A DNA stretch of 64,000 nt from positions 224,001 to 288,000 of the IMG/VR virus record IMGVR_UViG_3300035208_004923. One strand, 5' to 3'. The notes beneath the pieces are model-generated. The model saw only the letters and a list, made by a program, of their open reading frames with translations, ran no database searches and was not told the DNA's origin. Within the stretch, counting starts at the first letter, position 1. Every line of letters begins with the position of its first letter. This DNA is from a virus (Duplodnaviria; Caudoviricetes). Position numbers and translations under genes: made by a program. Shown piece by piece: positions 41,656 through 50,651 of the stretch.

Positions 41656-41663
41656 TGTTTCAT
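41133..41663 (-). CDS. Leader-bearing putative internal head protein
   Basis: MKQRIPTLDEFINESSQFLNES. Confidence 0.75.
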   Translation of the reverse strand: MKQRIPTLDEFINESSQFLNESEQMVSDSTITSQSELEASILKNWGQAFSDLVNKKIGIQLNISDVKNSRGYIDMTIKPINRHEYGIFQYGMNSVTIDNFSGRKMPMGKEENGVFTFPAYIWTTVHFAYNHGTPNMGQGSNGCSLYFPGSTSDSIYYDIVEKKFYTDKEAQSHFKN

Positions 41664-41694
41664 TCTACTTAATTATTTTTGTATTTTTTACCAA

Positions 41695-41946
41695 TTAGTC
41701 AAGTGCTTTGCCATCAGGATATTCACCTTTTGCAATTGCGTATTTTACAATGTCAACAGTATCAAATGCAGGATGCGGTGCTATACCGCCATTGTATTTT
41801 TTGTCCCATTCTGCTACTGATGAAGGATTATTAATGTCAAATTCTTTATTTACGTATGCTTTAACAACATACATAGAAAACCACGATTTTGGGGTTCTTA
41901 CGCTCTCGTTAATAAATTGTTCTAATGTAGGTATTCTTTGTTTCAT
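41695..41946 (-). CDS. Leader-bearing putative internal head protein
   Basis: MKQRIPTLEQFINES. Confidence 0.7.
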   Translation of the reverse strand: MKQRIPTLEQFINESVRTPKSWFSMYVVKAYVNKEFDINNPSSVAEWDKKYNGGIAPHPAFDTVDIVKYAIAKGEYPDGKALD

Positions 41947-41978
41947 TGATATACTTTATTTTATATATTCATATCAAA

Positions 41979-43328
41979 TTACAGTTTAGATGCAGCTAAT
42001 GTTGCAACAGCAGATCTTTCACCTTTTTCTAATGTGACATGAGCAAACATTGGTTCGCCTTTTAATTTTTCAATAACGTATGAAACGCCACAGCTGCTTT
42101 CTGATAAGAAAGGATTGTCGATTTGTTGAACATCACCCGTGAATACAATTTTACTTCCTTCACCAATTCTAGTGATAATTGTTTTCATTTCAAGCGGTGA
42201 TAAGTTTTGTGCTTCATCAACAATAAACAATACATTCGATAAACTTCTACCACGGATAAATGCCAAAGGTGTAACAACAATTTTATCTTTTAATGTAGTA
42301 TCATCAAATTTCTTTTGACCTTTTTTAACAGTGTAAGATTGCGTTTTGATGAATTTTAAGTTATCCCAAATTGGGTCCATGTATGGGCCAATTTTTGAAT
42401 CAACATCGCCTGGCAAGAAACCTAAATCTTTATTGTTTAAAGATACAATAGGTCTAGCAACATATATTTCATTAAAATCATCAATTTGTTCTAATGCAGC
42501 AGCTAATGCAATTAATGTTTTACCTGTACCTGCAGCACCTTGTATTGATACGATTTTGATTGAGTTATCTAAGATTGCATCCATTGCAAATATTTGTTCC
42601 GCATTTCTTGGCATAATATTTGCAGAACTTTTCTTTTCAACATGATGTAAACATTTATCAACAGTTGAATACGCAGCGATAACAGATTTCTTTCCGTTTT
42701 TAATAATGAAATATGTATTTGTTAAAATTTCACCTTCACCAGGAAAACCTTCAGATTCAGCAAATTCAGATAACGGAACACCATCAGTTTCAAGATACAA
42801 TTTATCAATAGCTTCGATAGGAGCGTTCTTTAATAAATATTTTCCAGTGAATCTTGTATCTGTATTACGAATAGAACCTGCAATATAATCTTCTGCTTGT
42901 AAGCTTAAAGATTTCGCTTTTACTCTCAAGTTAACATCTTTTGATACTAAGATAACATCTGCATCTGGGTATTTTTCTTGTTGCATTAAAGCAACATCTA
43001 GAATTCTATGGTCTGGTTTATTTTCGTGAAAAATCTTAACTGCACTATTTTCTGGTGTATCTCGTAAATACGAAACTTTTATTTTTCCCGCACCTGGCTC
43101 ATCAATGTCAACCCATGTATTTAATCCATCTTTTGTTGATAACTTATCAATTACTCTGGTAAATTCTCTTGCCTCATAATTGATAGGCTCATTACCTTTT
43201 TTGAAATTATCTAGTTCTTCAAGAACAGCGATTGGAATTACCACGTCATGTTCTGCAAATTTTTTGTATGCAGCGTGGTCGTGCAAGATGACACAAGTGT
43301 CTAGTACGAAAATTTTTCTTTTTTCCAT
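41979..43328 (-). CDS. phoH: PIN-PhoH (PhoH2) protein
   Basis: VLDTCV PIN domain; GAAGTGKT, RGRS, DEAQN, GDVQQID. Confidence 0.9.
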   Translation of the reverse strand: MEKRKIFVLDTCVILHDHAAYKKFAEHDVVIPIAVLEELDNFKKGNEPINYEAREFTRVIDKLSTKDGLNTWVDIDEPGAGKIKVSYLRDTPENSAVKIFHENKPDHRILDVALMQQEKYPDADVILVSKDVNLRVKAKSLSLQAEDYIAGSIRNTDTRFTGKYLLKNAPIEAIDKLYLETDGVPLSEFAESEGFPGEGEILTNTYFIIKNGKKSVIAAYSTVDKCLHHVEKKSSANIMPRNAEQIFAMDAILDNSIKIVSIQGAAGTGKTLIALAAALEQIDDFNEIYVARPIVSLNNKDLGFLPGDVDSKIGPYMDPIWDNLKFIKTQSYTVKKGQKKFDDTTLKDKIVVTPLAFIRGRSLSNVLFIVDEAQNLSPLEMKTIITRIGEGSKIVFTGDVQQIDNPFLSESSCGVSYVIEKLKGEPMFAHVTLEKGERSAVATLAASKL

Positions 43329-43344
43329 ATATGTAATTGTTTGT

Positions 43345-43902
43345 TTAAATGTTGATGAATTCTTTTTCTCCAGTTGTATGACTGTAAGTATACACTTCTG
43401 GATTAAATTGTTTTGGTTCAGTTAATTCTTTTGCGTATTTTTTACCACAACCTGGTTTTAAATATGCAATTGTTATGTGTGGGTGGTAATCAGGAAAATC
43501 TGATGTATATTCAAAGTTTTCACATATTTCTTTGTTAAGCTTAAATAAATTATCGCCTTGTATGTCGTACTTTAATACATCATATTTTGGATTTTCAAAA
43601 ATGCTAATAGCATCCGAACTTAATTCAATTGTTGATAAAGATGGCAGCATACTTTTTAACTTTTCCATGTCTGTATCTGCGTGTAAGCCGTAAAGTACAG
43701 TTACGTGTGGCTCTGTTTCAAATCCGTAATCTTCCTCTTCGGTATACAAATCATTGGCATCAACCAATGTATGAATAAAATTGTCCCATCCGTCGGTATT
43801 TACATTTACCATTAGACAACTATAATCGTATACTTGTTTTGATGCCTCATTAATTTGTTTTTGTTCAACAAATTCGTTTAATGTTATGATTCTTTGTTTC
43901 AT
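43345..43902 (-). CDS. 2H phosphoesterase, Acb1 (T4 57B)-like, with leader
   Basis: PHVTVLYG and DFPDYHPHITIAY (two HxT motifs); leader MKQRIITLNEFVEQKQINEA. Confidence 0.75.
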   Translation of the reverse strand: MKQRIITLNEFVEQKQINEASKQVYDYSCLMVNVNTDGWDNFIHTLVDANDLYTEEEDYGFETEPHVTVLYGLHADTDMEKLKSMLPSLSTIELSSDAISIFENPKYDVLKYDIQGDNLFKLNKEICENFEYTSDFPDYHPHITIAYLKPGCGKKYAKELTEPKQFNPEVYTYSHTTGEKEFINI

Positions 43903-43908
43903 ATGTAT

Positions 43909-44166
43909 TTATTTTAAAAAACTTCTAAGTCGTGGGTAAGTAGATAAGTTAAATCTTTCGTTTTTGAGCCATTCAATAAATTTGGATTTGTTATCAATAT
44001 TTTCGATGTCAATTTCATCATCGTATTCATTTGATTTTTTTGCAGATACGCCAATATCGCGTAATGTTTTTATGGTTTCCTCAGTGTCCTTTACTTGTAA
44101 TGAATCAATCATTCCATTTGATTTGCGGAGAGGGAAATCGGTTATAGATGATAATCTATTTTCCAT
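43909..44166 (-). CDS. Hypothetical protein with divergent leader
   Basis: MENRLSSITDF; GAATATATAA upstream. Confidence 0.55.
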   Translation of the reverse strand: MENRLSSITDFPLRKSNGMIDSLQVKDTEETIKTLRDIGVSAKKSNEYDDEIDIENIDNKSKFIEWLKNERFNLSTYPRLRSFLK

Positions 44167-44247
44167 AGCAACTTGTTTTTTTAATGTTTGTTTGTATTTT
44201 ATATATTCATTAAATCTGAAGCATGATGAATATCATAAAAACAAATG

Positions 44248-44508
44248 CTATATTGAATTTCTTTCCTGTATGATAATTTTGTAACAGCCTTCACCGCATT
44301 CTCGTTTTACTCTATCTGTTACTTGTTTATCATCTGCACATACTATAAGTGATTTCTTATCTTTTGCAACCAAGATTGGCATAAATGGCTTTCCGAAATA
44401 CATGTTAATTTCATCAGCCAAATCATACATTGATTTTTTTATTTCAACCTTTTCTGTTACAAATGTTTCTTCACTCGTGTAATCTAATGTTATAAATTCT
44501 TCTTCCAT
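44248..44508 (-). CDS. Hypothetical protein
   Basis: 86-aa ORF. Confidence 0.55.
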   Translation of the reverse strand: MEEEFITLDYTSEETFVTEKVEIKKSMYDLADEINMYFGKPFMPILVAKDKKSLIVCADDKQVTDRVKRECGEGCYKIIIQERNSI

Positions 44509-44608
44509 TTTGTTTCTTTTAATGAACTTTTATTTTTTGAATATACAACTACAATATCCATCTATTTGTTAACGATACGATCTTTAGATATCGTTTAATG
44601 AATGGATA

Positions 44609-44842
44609 TTATTCAGTTGCTGTTTTTGCTTTTTCTTCCATCATTTCTTTCATGATGTAGTAAATATCGTATAAAACATTCACTTGTAAATAACTATCAG
44701 TATTTTGTGGTGCTACATTTAAAAACTTTATTGTAGGTATCTGTTCTTTTTCGATTACTTTTGAATTATTCACTAGATCATAAAACTTTTTGAATTTTTC
44801 TAGTTCATATTCTTGAATCCATATAGTTACTGTCATATACAT
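44609..44842 (-). CDS. Hypothetical protein
   Basis: 77-aa ORF. Confidence 0.55.
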   Translation of the reverse strand: MYMTVTIWIQEYELEKFKKFYDLVNNSKVIEKEQIPTIKFLNVAPQNTDSYLQVNVLYDIYYIMKEMMEEKAKTATE

Positions 44843-44848
44843 AATTTA

Positions 44849-45637
44849 TTAGATTAAAGGTTTTGCTGTTCTTGGTTTTGCTTGTTTTGCTTCGTTTTCT
44901 TCTTCAGTAACAACGCCATGTACTAAGTCAAGATCGTTTCTGAAATAGAATCCACGTGTTTCGCGTGTACCTATGTCTGACTGACATGCCGCTTGACCGC
45001 ATAATGTTTCATTGCACATAAATGGATGATGCTTCTTATGAAATTTTGATACACTTGAACAAAGAAATTCGTCAATGTGTTTATATTCATTTGCTGCCTT
45101 TTCACCCCACTTTATAAATTCATCATACAATTGTTCTTGTATTCCCCATGCACCTAACGCATGTATAAATTCGATTCTGTACGAATGCAAACTGTAACGT
45201 TCAGACCATTTGCCTTTTTGTTGATGTGCAGCCAAACGGCCACCTGCTAAAAACAAAAATCCCCAATCGTCAGGTAATTCATTTAGATATGTTTCAACTT
45301 TTTCATTAAAATTATCAAGAAATTCAACATCATCCTCGAATACTAAAATTTGTTTATAGCCTCTACGTTTTGCTTCCTTTACAACATTTGTCATACTAGT
45401 TGCACAACCTTTTCTGCCGAACGGCAATTGCGCCTCTAACTTTTGACGAGTCGTAAATCCTTCCATGGAATTTGTTTTTTGCCATTCAGCAAATTCGATA
45501 TTGCCATCATGCGCTTCAAAGAACTCAAAGTTTATTCCGTGCAAATCCATTTCTTTTTGACAATGTTCAGCCCTATCTGGACGTCTTTTCAAATTAACAA
45601 CGAATACGTTGTTGAAAAATTTGTTTATGTAATGCAT
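44849..45637 (-). CDS. GT25-like glycosyltransferase
   Basis: VVNLKRRPDR, FFEAHDG, GCATS, VFEDD. Confidence 0.8.
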   Translation of the reverse strand: MHYINKFFNNVFVVNLKRRPDRAEHCQKEMDLHGINFEFFEAHDGNIEFAEWQKTNSMEGFTTRQKLEAQLPFGRKGCATSMTNVVKEAKRRGYKQILVFEDDVEFLDNFNEKVETYLNELPDDWGFLFLAGGRLAAHQQKGKWSERYSLHSYRIEFIHALGAWGIQEQLYDEFIKWGEKAANEYKHIDEFLCSSVSKFHKKHHPFMCNETLCGQAACQSDIGTRETRGFYFRNDLDLVHGVVTEEENEAKQAKPRTAKPLI

Positions 45638-45638
45638 A

Positions 45639-47098
45639 TTATTGAAATTTTTGTTTTACGATTTCTTTCCAATTTTCTTTATATTCGTCAATCTTAAAGT
45701 GATTCCATAACTCTTTTAAGATTGCTTGTCTTTCTTCTTCGTGTTCATTAAAGTATTTAACACGTTCTTCGATATCTTTATGATTTGAAACAACAATCTT
45801 ATCCTGTATGCTTTTTGGTATTCCAATAAATTCAGGATCATACTCGCAAGTTATTAATGGCAGTATTCCCAGATATGTATAAAAAACAGGTCTTGGGTTT
45901 AATGAGTCACTAAAAGATACGCATTTCAAAACAATGCCATATTTGTATTCTGCCAATGTTTTCCGAACATCTTTCGTGTACATATGGCCTTTGTGCATCG
46001 GATGCTTTTTAATTTGTTCAACAAGTTCACCAAATAATTCGTTTGCTTTTGTTGCTGCAGACTGTCCGTAATGACTATTTACTTGTTTTTCTGTCATGAA
46101 CAAACCGTTTGCTTTTATAGGAATCCACATTGAACTATTTGTAAGATTCAAATCTTTAAAGTATTTATCCCACATATCTTTTCGATGTCCTTTTGAATGC
46201 AGTATAGTTCCTACATAAAATAAATCTTTTGTTTTAGTAGTATCAACATTTCCAAATACGTTTTCCTCGTGTGTAATATGTTGCAAATGAGCAATTGGAA
46301 ATTCCTCGAATTTTCGAGTACCGCGATTATCATCAGCAAAATAAAACCGTTTTTGTGGAATTCCATAGTAATCGAAAATTTCCAAAAAAGCTGCAGGGTC
46401 AACACTAAAACTGTAAAGACATTTCAACGGTTTTTTATCATGAAAGTATTTCACAACATTGATGAACATGTTTTTTGTGTACATTGAGAATGCAAGCAAA
46501 GAAACTCTATTATCATAATTAGAACAAACTTGTTCAATTGCTTTTTTTCTTAAATCAATTTCAGATGTATTGTTTCCTACATAATCATGAAATTCATTTT
46601 GTAAGTATTGCAAATTACCAGTTGGGTCAAGTTCTTTCGATATATATGAAGTTAACGGCAATATGTAATAAATATCATTTGCGAATAAAATTCTGTCTAA
46701 AGTAAATGGGAATGAATTATCAAATTCTCTAGTAAGAATTTTAAGATTGTGTACTGCATTATCTTTATTCTCTGCTTTTCTTTTGAATTCTTTACCGTTT
46801 ATTTGTTTATATCTTGTAAGATTATACGTATAAAAATTTGACATTCCATTAGGAATTGTTTTATCAGATTCTTCACCGATAAAAACAAGATTATACATTT
46901 CAGATAAAACTGTTACGATTTCTCGAACAAATCCGAAGTTAATGTTAAAATCGGATAGCATAAAACTATTTTTAGTTATAATACCTAATGTTTCTTTTGA
47001 AGGATCTAACGGTTTAGGATTCGCGCATACAAATAATTTTAATGTATTTTTTTTTTTTCTTCTGGTTCTGGTGCGTCAAATAAACTTTTGCTTTTCAT
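45639..47098 (-). CDS. Putative GT-B glycosyltransferase, frameshifted at A12 tract (47047-47058)
   Basis: ATG 47098 MKSKSLFDAPEPEEKKK joins the 46961 ORF in frame with one extra A; promoter at 47133-47158. Confidence 0.6.
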
Positions 47099-47210
47099 AT
47101 AATTGAAATGATGAATCTATTAAATTTGTTTATTATATACATTAATGATGTTTAGTTTTAAAAAGAAAGCATAAAAAAACCTGGAACTTTAAGAATTCCA
47201 GGTTTCAATA

Positions 47211-47711
47211 TTACTTCATTATGTTTACAAACTTTCTGAAAAGTTTTTCTAATAAATCACCTGTTACTCTAACGTCTAATTTGTTTTGTTTATACGTAAC
47301 TGTTTCTCTTTCGTAATCAGTATTTTTGAAACTCCAAGCAGAAGGCGCAGTTGAACCCATTGCTTTTGCAAATCCTTCGATATCTTGAGGTTTAGCACGT
47401 GTAACAGTTAATGTTACTTGTTTGTTTTCAAAAATTTCAGAATCAATACCTACGTATATTCCTCTTTCAGATACACCAGAAATTGAATATGCGTCAAGAT
47501 CTTGATATACTTCTAAATCAAATTCATTAAATAAATTTGTAATAGTAACCCATAAAGCAACTTCTCTATCTGTTGGTTCTAATGGTTCATCTTCATTAAC
47601 TTCATTGAAGTTTTTTGCAACTTTTTGTGCATTCCAATTAAATGTTTTTCCTTCGTTTAATTGTTTTGATTCATTGATGTATTCATCAAGTGTTGGTACT
47701 CTGTTTGCCAT
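47211..47711 (-). CDS. Leader-bearing putative internal head protein
   Basis: MANRVPTLDEYINESKQLNEG. Confidence 0.7.
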   Translation of the reverse strand: MANRVPTLDEYINESKQLNEGKTFNWNAQKVAKNFNEVNEDEPLEPTDREVALWVTITNLFNEFDLEVYQDLDAYSISGVSERGIYVGIDSEIFENKQVTLTVTRAKPQDIEGFAKAMGSTAPSAWSFKNTDYERETVTYKQNKLDVRVTGDLLEKLFRKFVNIMK

Positions 47712-47715
47712 GTTT

Positions 47716-48837
47716 TTATTTATTTATTTTATCTAATTCTGTTTTTGTTTCTTTCATTTTCTTTTGCATGTCTTTCATATCATCTAAAGACTTCGAAGAT
47801 TCTAGTTTTAATTTATTTATTTTCGTATCAATTGAATTTTTATCTGTAGCAGTTTCTTTTTCTTTTTCTAATTCTGCTATCTTACTATCAATACCTTGTT
47901 TATACTTCATTTCATCTTCAATATTCTTGCTGAAATCTTTAATCGTTGATTCCAATTCGGCAATTTTATCTGCTTTTTTTGTTTCTGCTGGATTAGCATC
48001 AGCAGGTTTAGCATCAGCAGGTTTAGCATCAGCAGGTTTAGTGTCAGCAGGTTTAGCATTCGCTTTCTTTTTGCCAACGATAACAGTTTTTCCTTGTTTA
48101 TCTTGTAGTGATATTACGTCGTAATCGCCTGAATCAATTTGTTCTTTAGAAACAGGAACAAATCCATTTTCTTTAGCAGCTGCAACTTTATCTACTTTAG
48201 ATTCTTCTTTTTGTTGTGCTGCTAATGTTTCGTCAGCTTTCTTTGCTTGATTTTGCAAATTTTTGTATGTATTTTCAAGGTCGCTATATTCTGAATCGCT
48301 ATACATACCTTTTGCAACTGTTCGTACTTTAGTAAGTGCTGCTAATTTTGCTTTTGTTTTATACATGCCTAACACATTATCAACGCCGTATCGTTTTGCA
48401 ATTTCTTCCATACGATCTTCGATTGCTGATACTGCATCACCGTCTGCAGTGACTTTTATTTTTTGTGCTTCTGTTGCATGATTTCGTTGGTCCTGGTCCA
48501 TTTTCTCCCATCTTGGAGTTTTCTTTAATTTCATTAATTCAATTGGCGCCATTTTCCATGCAAGATACGCATTTGCATATTTCTTTACATTATTTTTCAA
48601 TTTTGTTTTGCCAATCATTCTCATAAAAAAGTTGGAACCACCTTCAGCCTCATTTAAAGGTAAAAACATTTCGTCTGCAATATTTGAAATTTCGCATTCT
48701 GTTATAAATTCTTCAATATTGTTGTCCCATACGAATGCATTATACTGTTCGTTAATCGACCCTAATAATTCGCTTTCTTTTATAAAAACGTTAGCTATAA
48801 ATAATTCCTTACCTTTTGTGTAATCAGTATATTTCAT
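47716..48837 (-). CDS. Coiled-coil putative virion protein with PADAK repeats
   Basis: INE/ITE/LNE sites near N-terminus; KPADTKPADAKPADAKPADANPA. Confidence 0.6.
   Translation of the reverse strand: MKYTDYTKGKELFIANVFIKESELLGSINEQYNAFVWDNNIEEFITECEISNIADEMFLPLNEAEGGSNFFMRMIGKTKLKNNVKKYANAYLAWKMAPIELMKLKKTPRWEKMDQDQRNHATEAQKIKVTADGDAVSAIEDRMEEIAKRYGVDNVLGMYKTKAKLAALTKVRTVAKGMYSDSEYSDLENTYKNLQNQAKKADETLAAQQKEESKVDKVAAAKENGFVPVSKEQIDSGDYDVISLQDKQGKTVIVGKKKANAKPADTKPADAKPADAKPADANPAETKKADKIAELESTIKDFSKNIEDEMKYKQGIDSKIAELEKEKETATDKNSIDTKINKLKLESSKSLDDMKDMQKKMKETKTELDKINK
47986..48060. repeat. About five 15-bp tandem repeats encoding KPADA
   Basis: gcaggtttagcatca units. Confidence 0.85.
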
Positions 48838-48937
48838 TGAAACTTTATTTTATTATATATTCATAAATATAATTAAGTTTTAAACTTTTTACCTTTTATG
48901 TATATAAATTATACAAAAATATACTTAAAAGAAACAT

Positions 48938-49540
48938 ATGATTTACTTTACATCAGACACACACTTCGGTGATGACCGTTTAAATTTGTACGGCAGAGAT
49001 CTTGTTTGTAAAACATCAGAGGAAATGGATAACTTAATCATCGACAATTGGAATTCAATTGTTACTGATGATGATACAGTTTATCATTTAGGTGATGTTG
49101 CAATGAACGAAGAATCTTTAAAACAAGTTTTAAAACTTAACGGAAAAAAGATTTTAATCAAAGGAAACTATGATGATAAAATTGCAGATGAAGTTCTTTT
49201 GCAATATTTTTCAGCAGTTCATAAGAATCTTGTTGTTGAACATGGCGCAAAATCAATTCCCCAAAAATTACTTTTCTTAAATCATTATCCAACAAAGGCA
49301 GATGATATGATGTTCAATATAGTTGGACATATTCATGGCTTATGGAAAGTACAAAGAAATACAATAAACGTTGGTTGTGACGCTTGGCACTTTAAACCTA
49401 TTTCAATGGATTTAGTTTTATTTAGTATAAATGGCATTAACAAATTTTATGACCAAAATGTATTTGCTGGCGAAATAATTGCAAATTTAAAATATGCACC
49501 TAAAGAATCTCTAGAATCTATTAAAACATTAATATCATGA
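48938..49540 (+). CDS. Calcineurin-like metallophosphoesterase
   Basis: SDTHFG, HLGD, KGNYD, HYP, GHIH, NVGCD. Confidence 0.85.
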   Translation: MIYFTSDTHFGDDRLNLYGRDLVCKTSEEMDNLIIDNWNSIVTDDDTVYHLGDVAMNEESLKQVLKLNGKKILIKGNYDDKIADEVLLQYFSAVHKNLVVEHGAKSIPQKLLFLNHYPTKADDMMFNIVGHIHGLWKVQRNTINVGCDAWHFKPISMDLVLFSINGINKFYDQNVFAGEIIANLKYAPKESLESIKTLIS

Positions 49541-50067
49541 AAGTAATTCGACCACTTGACGAAACAACAAACAAACCTACTATATTTTTAGCAGGTCCTA
49601 TCCAATCTGCACCAGATTGGCATTCAGTTGCAATTAAAAATTTTGAACAACTACATGAATACGTATCTAATGTAGAATTCGATATTGCATCACCAAAAAT
49701 GCTAAATAAACCCGAAGAATTTTATTACGATAAACAGGTTGCGTGGGAAAGTAAAAATTTAGCAAATGCTGCAGCTGGCGGCGTTATTTTGTTTTGGTTA
49801 GCAAATCCTATTCCAGAAGAACTTGACCCAAGTAGAAGTTACGCACAAACAACAAGGTTTGAAATTGCTGAATGGTTTGGAAAAGCAAATTACAATAAAG
49901 GAATCAAATTGGCAATTGGTGCTGAACCTGGTTTTCACGGAGTTCGTTATATAAAACAACGTTTTGCTGATGATTTAGGTATTCCGGTTTTCGATAATTT
50001 GAAAGATACTTGCATACATGCAATTAAATTATTAAATGAAAACTATCCGGGCGATTTGATATTTTAA
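49537..50067 (+). CDS. Nucleoside 2-deoxyribosyltransferase-like protein
   Basis: IFLAGPI..DW, QVAWE, ILFW, TTRFEIAEW. Confidence 0.75.
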   Translation: MKVIRPLDETTNKPTIFLAGPIQSAPDWHSVAIKNFEQLHEYVSNVEFDIASPKMLNKPEEFYYDKQVAWESKNLANAAAGGVILFWLANPIPEELDPSRSYAQTTRFEIAEWFGKANYNKGIKLAIGAEPGFHGVRYIKQRFADDLGIPVFDNLKDTCIHAIKLLNENYPGDLIF

Positions 50068-50070
50068 AAC

Positions 50071-50111
50071 AAAAAAAAGGGAACTTAAATTAATTTAAGT
50101 TCCCTTTTTTT
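50071..50111. terminator. Bidirectional intrinsic terminator
   Basis: A8-gggaacttaaa...tttaagttccc-T-run between convergent genes. Confidence 0.8.
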
Positions 50112-50126
50112 ATGCGTTTATTTTAA

Positions 50127-50393
50127 TTAACTAACTCGTAAACCTTCTGCTTTTTTCTGTTCAATAAAAGCATTCATTTCTTCTTCAGTATCAAATAATT
50201 CAGCAGTAATATATCCGTATGATGGATTTTCAGCAGTTTTAATATCTTTTGCTGACATTTGTCCACGAACCATGTAATATGGATTTTTAAGTTGTGGATT
50301 ATCTCTTCGCAAAACAACAAACTTTTGTTTTGCTTTTGCTTCGTTTATGTTTTCATTAATGAAAACGTCTAATGTAGGTATTCTCTTTTCCAT
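50127..50393 (-). CDS. Leader-bearing putative internal head protein
   Basis: MEKRIPTLDVFINENINEA. Confidence 0.7.
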   Translation of the reverse strand: MEKRIPTLDVFINENINEAKAKQKFVVLRRDNPQLKNPYYMVRGQMSAKDIKTAENPSYGYITAELFDTEEEMNAFIEQKKAEGLRVS

Positions 50394-50402
50394 CGTTTAT
50401 TT

Positions 50403-50651
50403 TTATTTTAACCCTCGTCTTTCAACTTCTAGTTTAACAAGATTTCTTTGAAAGTCAAGTGGCGTATTCGGTATAGGATTATCTTTTGAATTATACCATA
50501 TCATTAAAGTTTCATCACTTAACTTTCTTATTTGTGTTTTGTATTCGGCTGGTGTCCAATCATCACCAAGCCATCCTAACGAACGAAGTATTTTTGTTAA
50601 ATTTGAAGATTCGTTAATGAATTCATCAAACTTCGGTATTCTCTTTTCCAT
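50403..50651 (-). CDS. Leader-bearing putative internal head protein
   Basis: MEKRIPKFDEFINES. Confidence 0.7.
   Translation of the reverse strand: MEKRIPKFDEFINESSNLTKILRSLGWLGDDWTPAEYKTQIRKLSDETLMIWYNSKDNPIPNTPLDFQRNLVKLEVERRGLK

Noticed and set aside
44553-44610. Imperfect intergenic inverted repeat
   Set aside because: Single AT-rich hairpin with no family features; cannot support an ncRNA call
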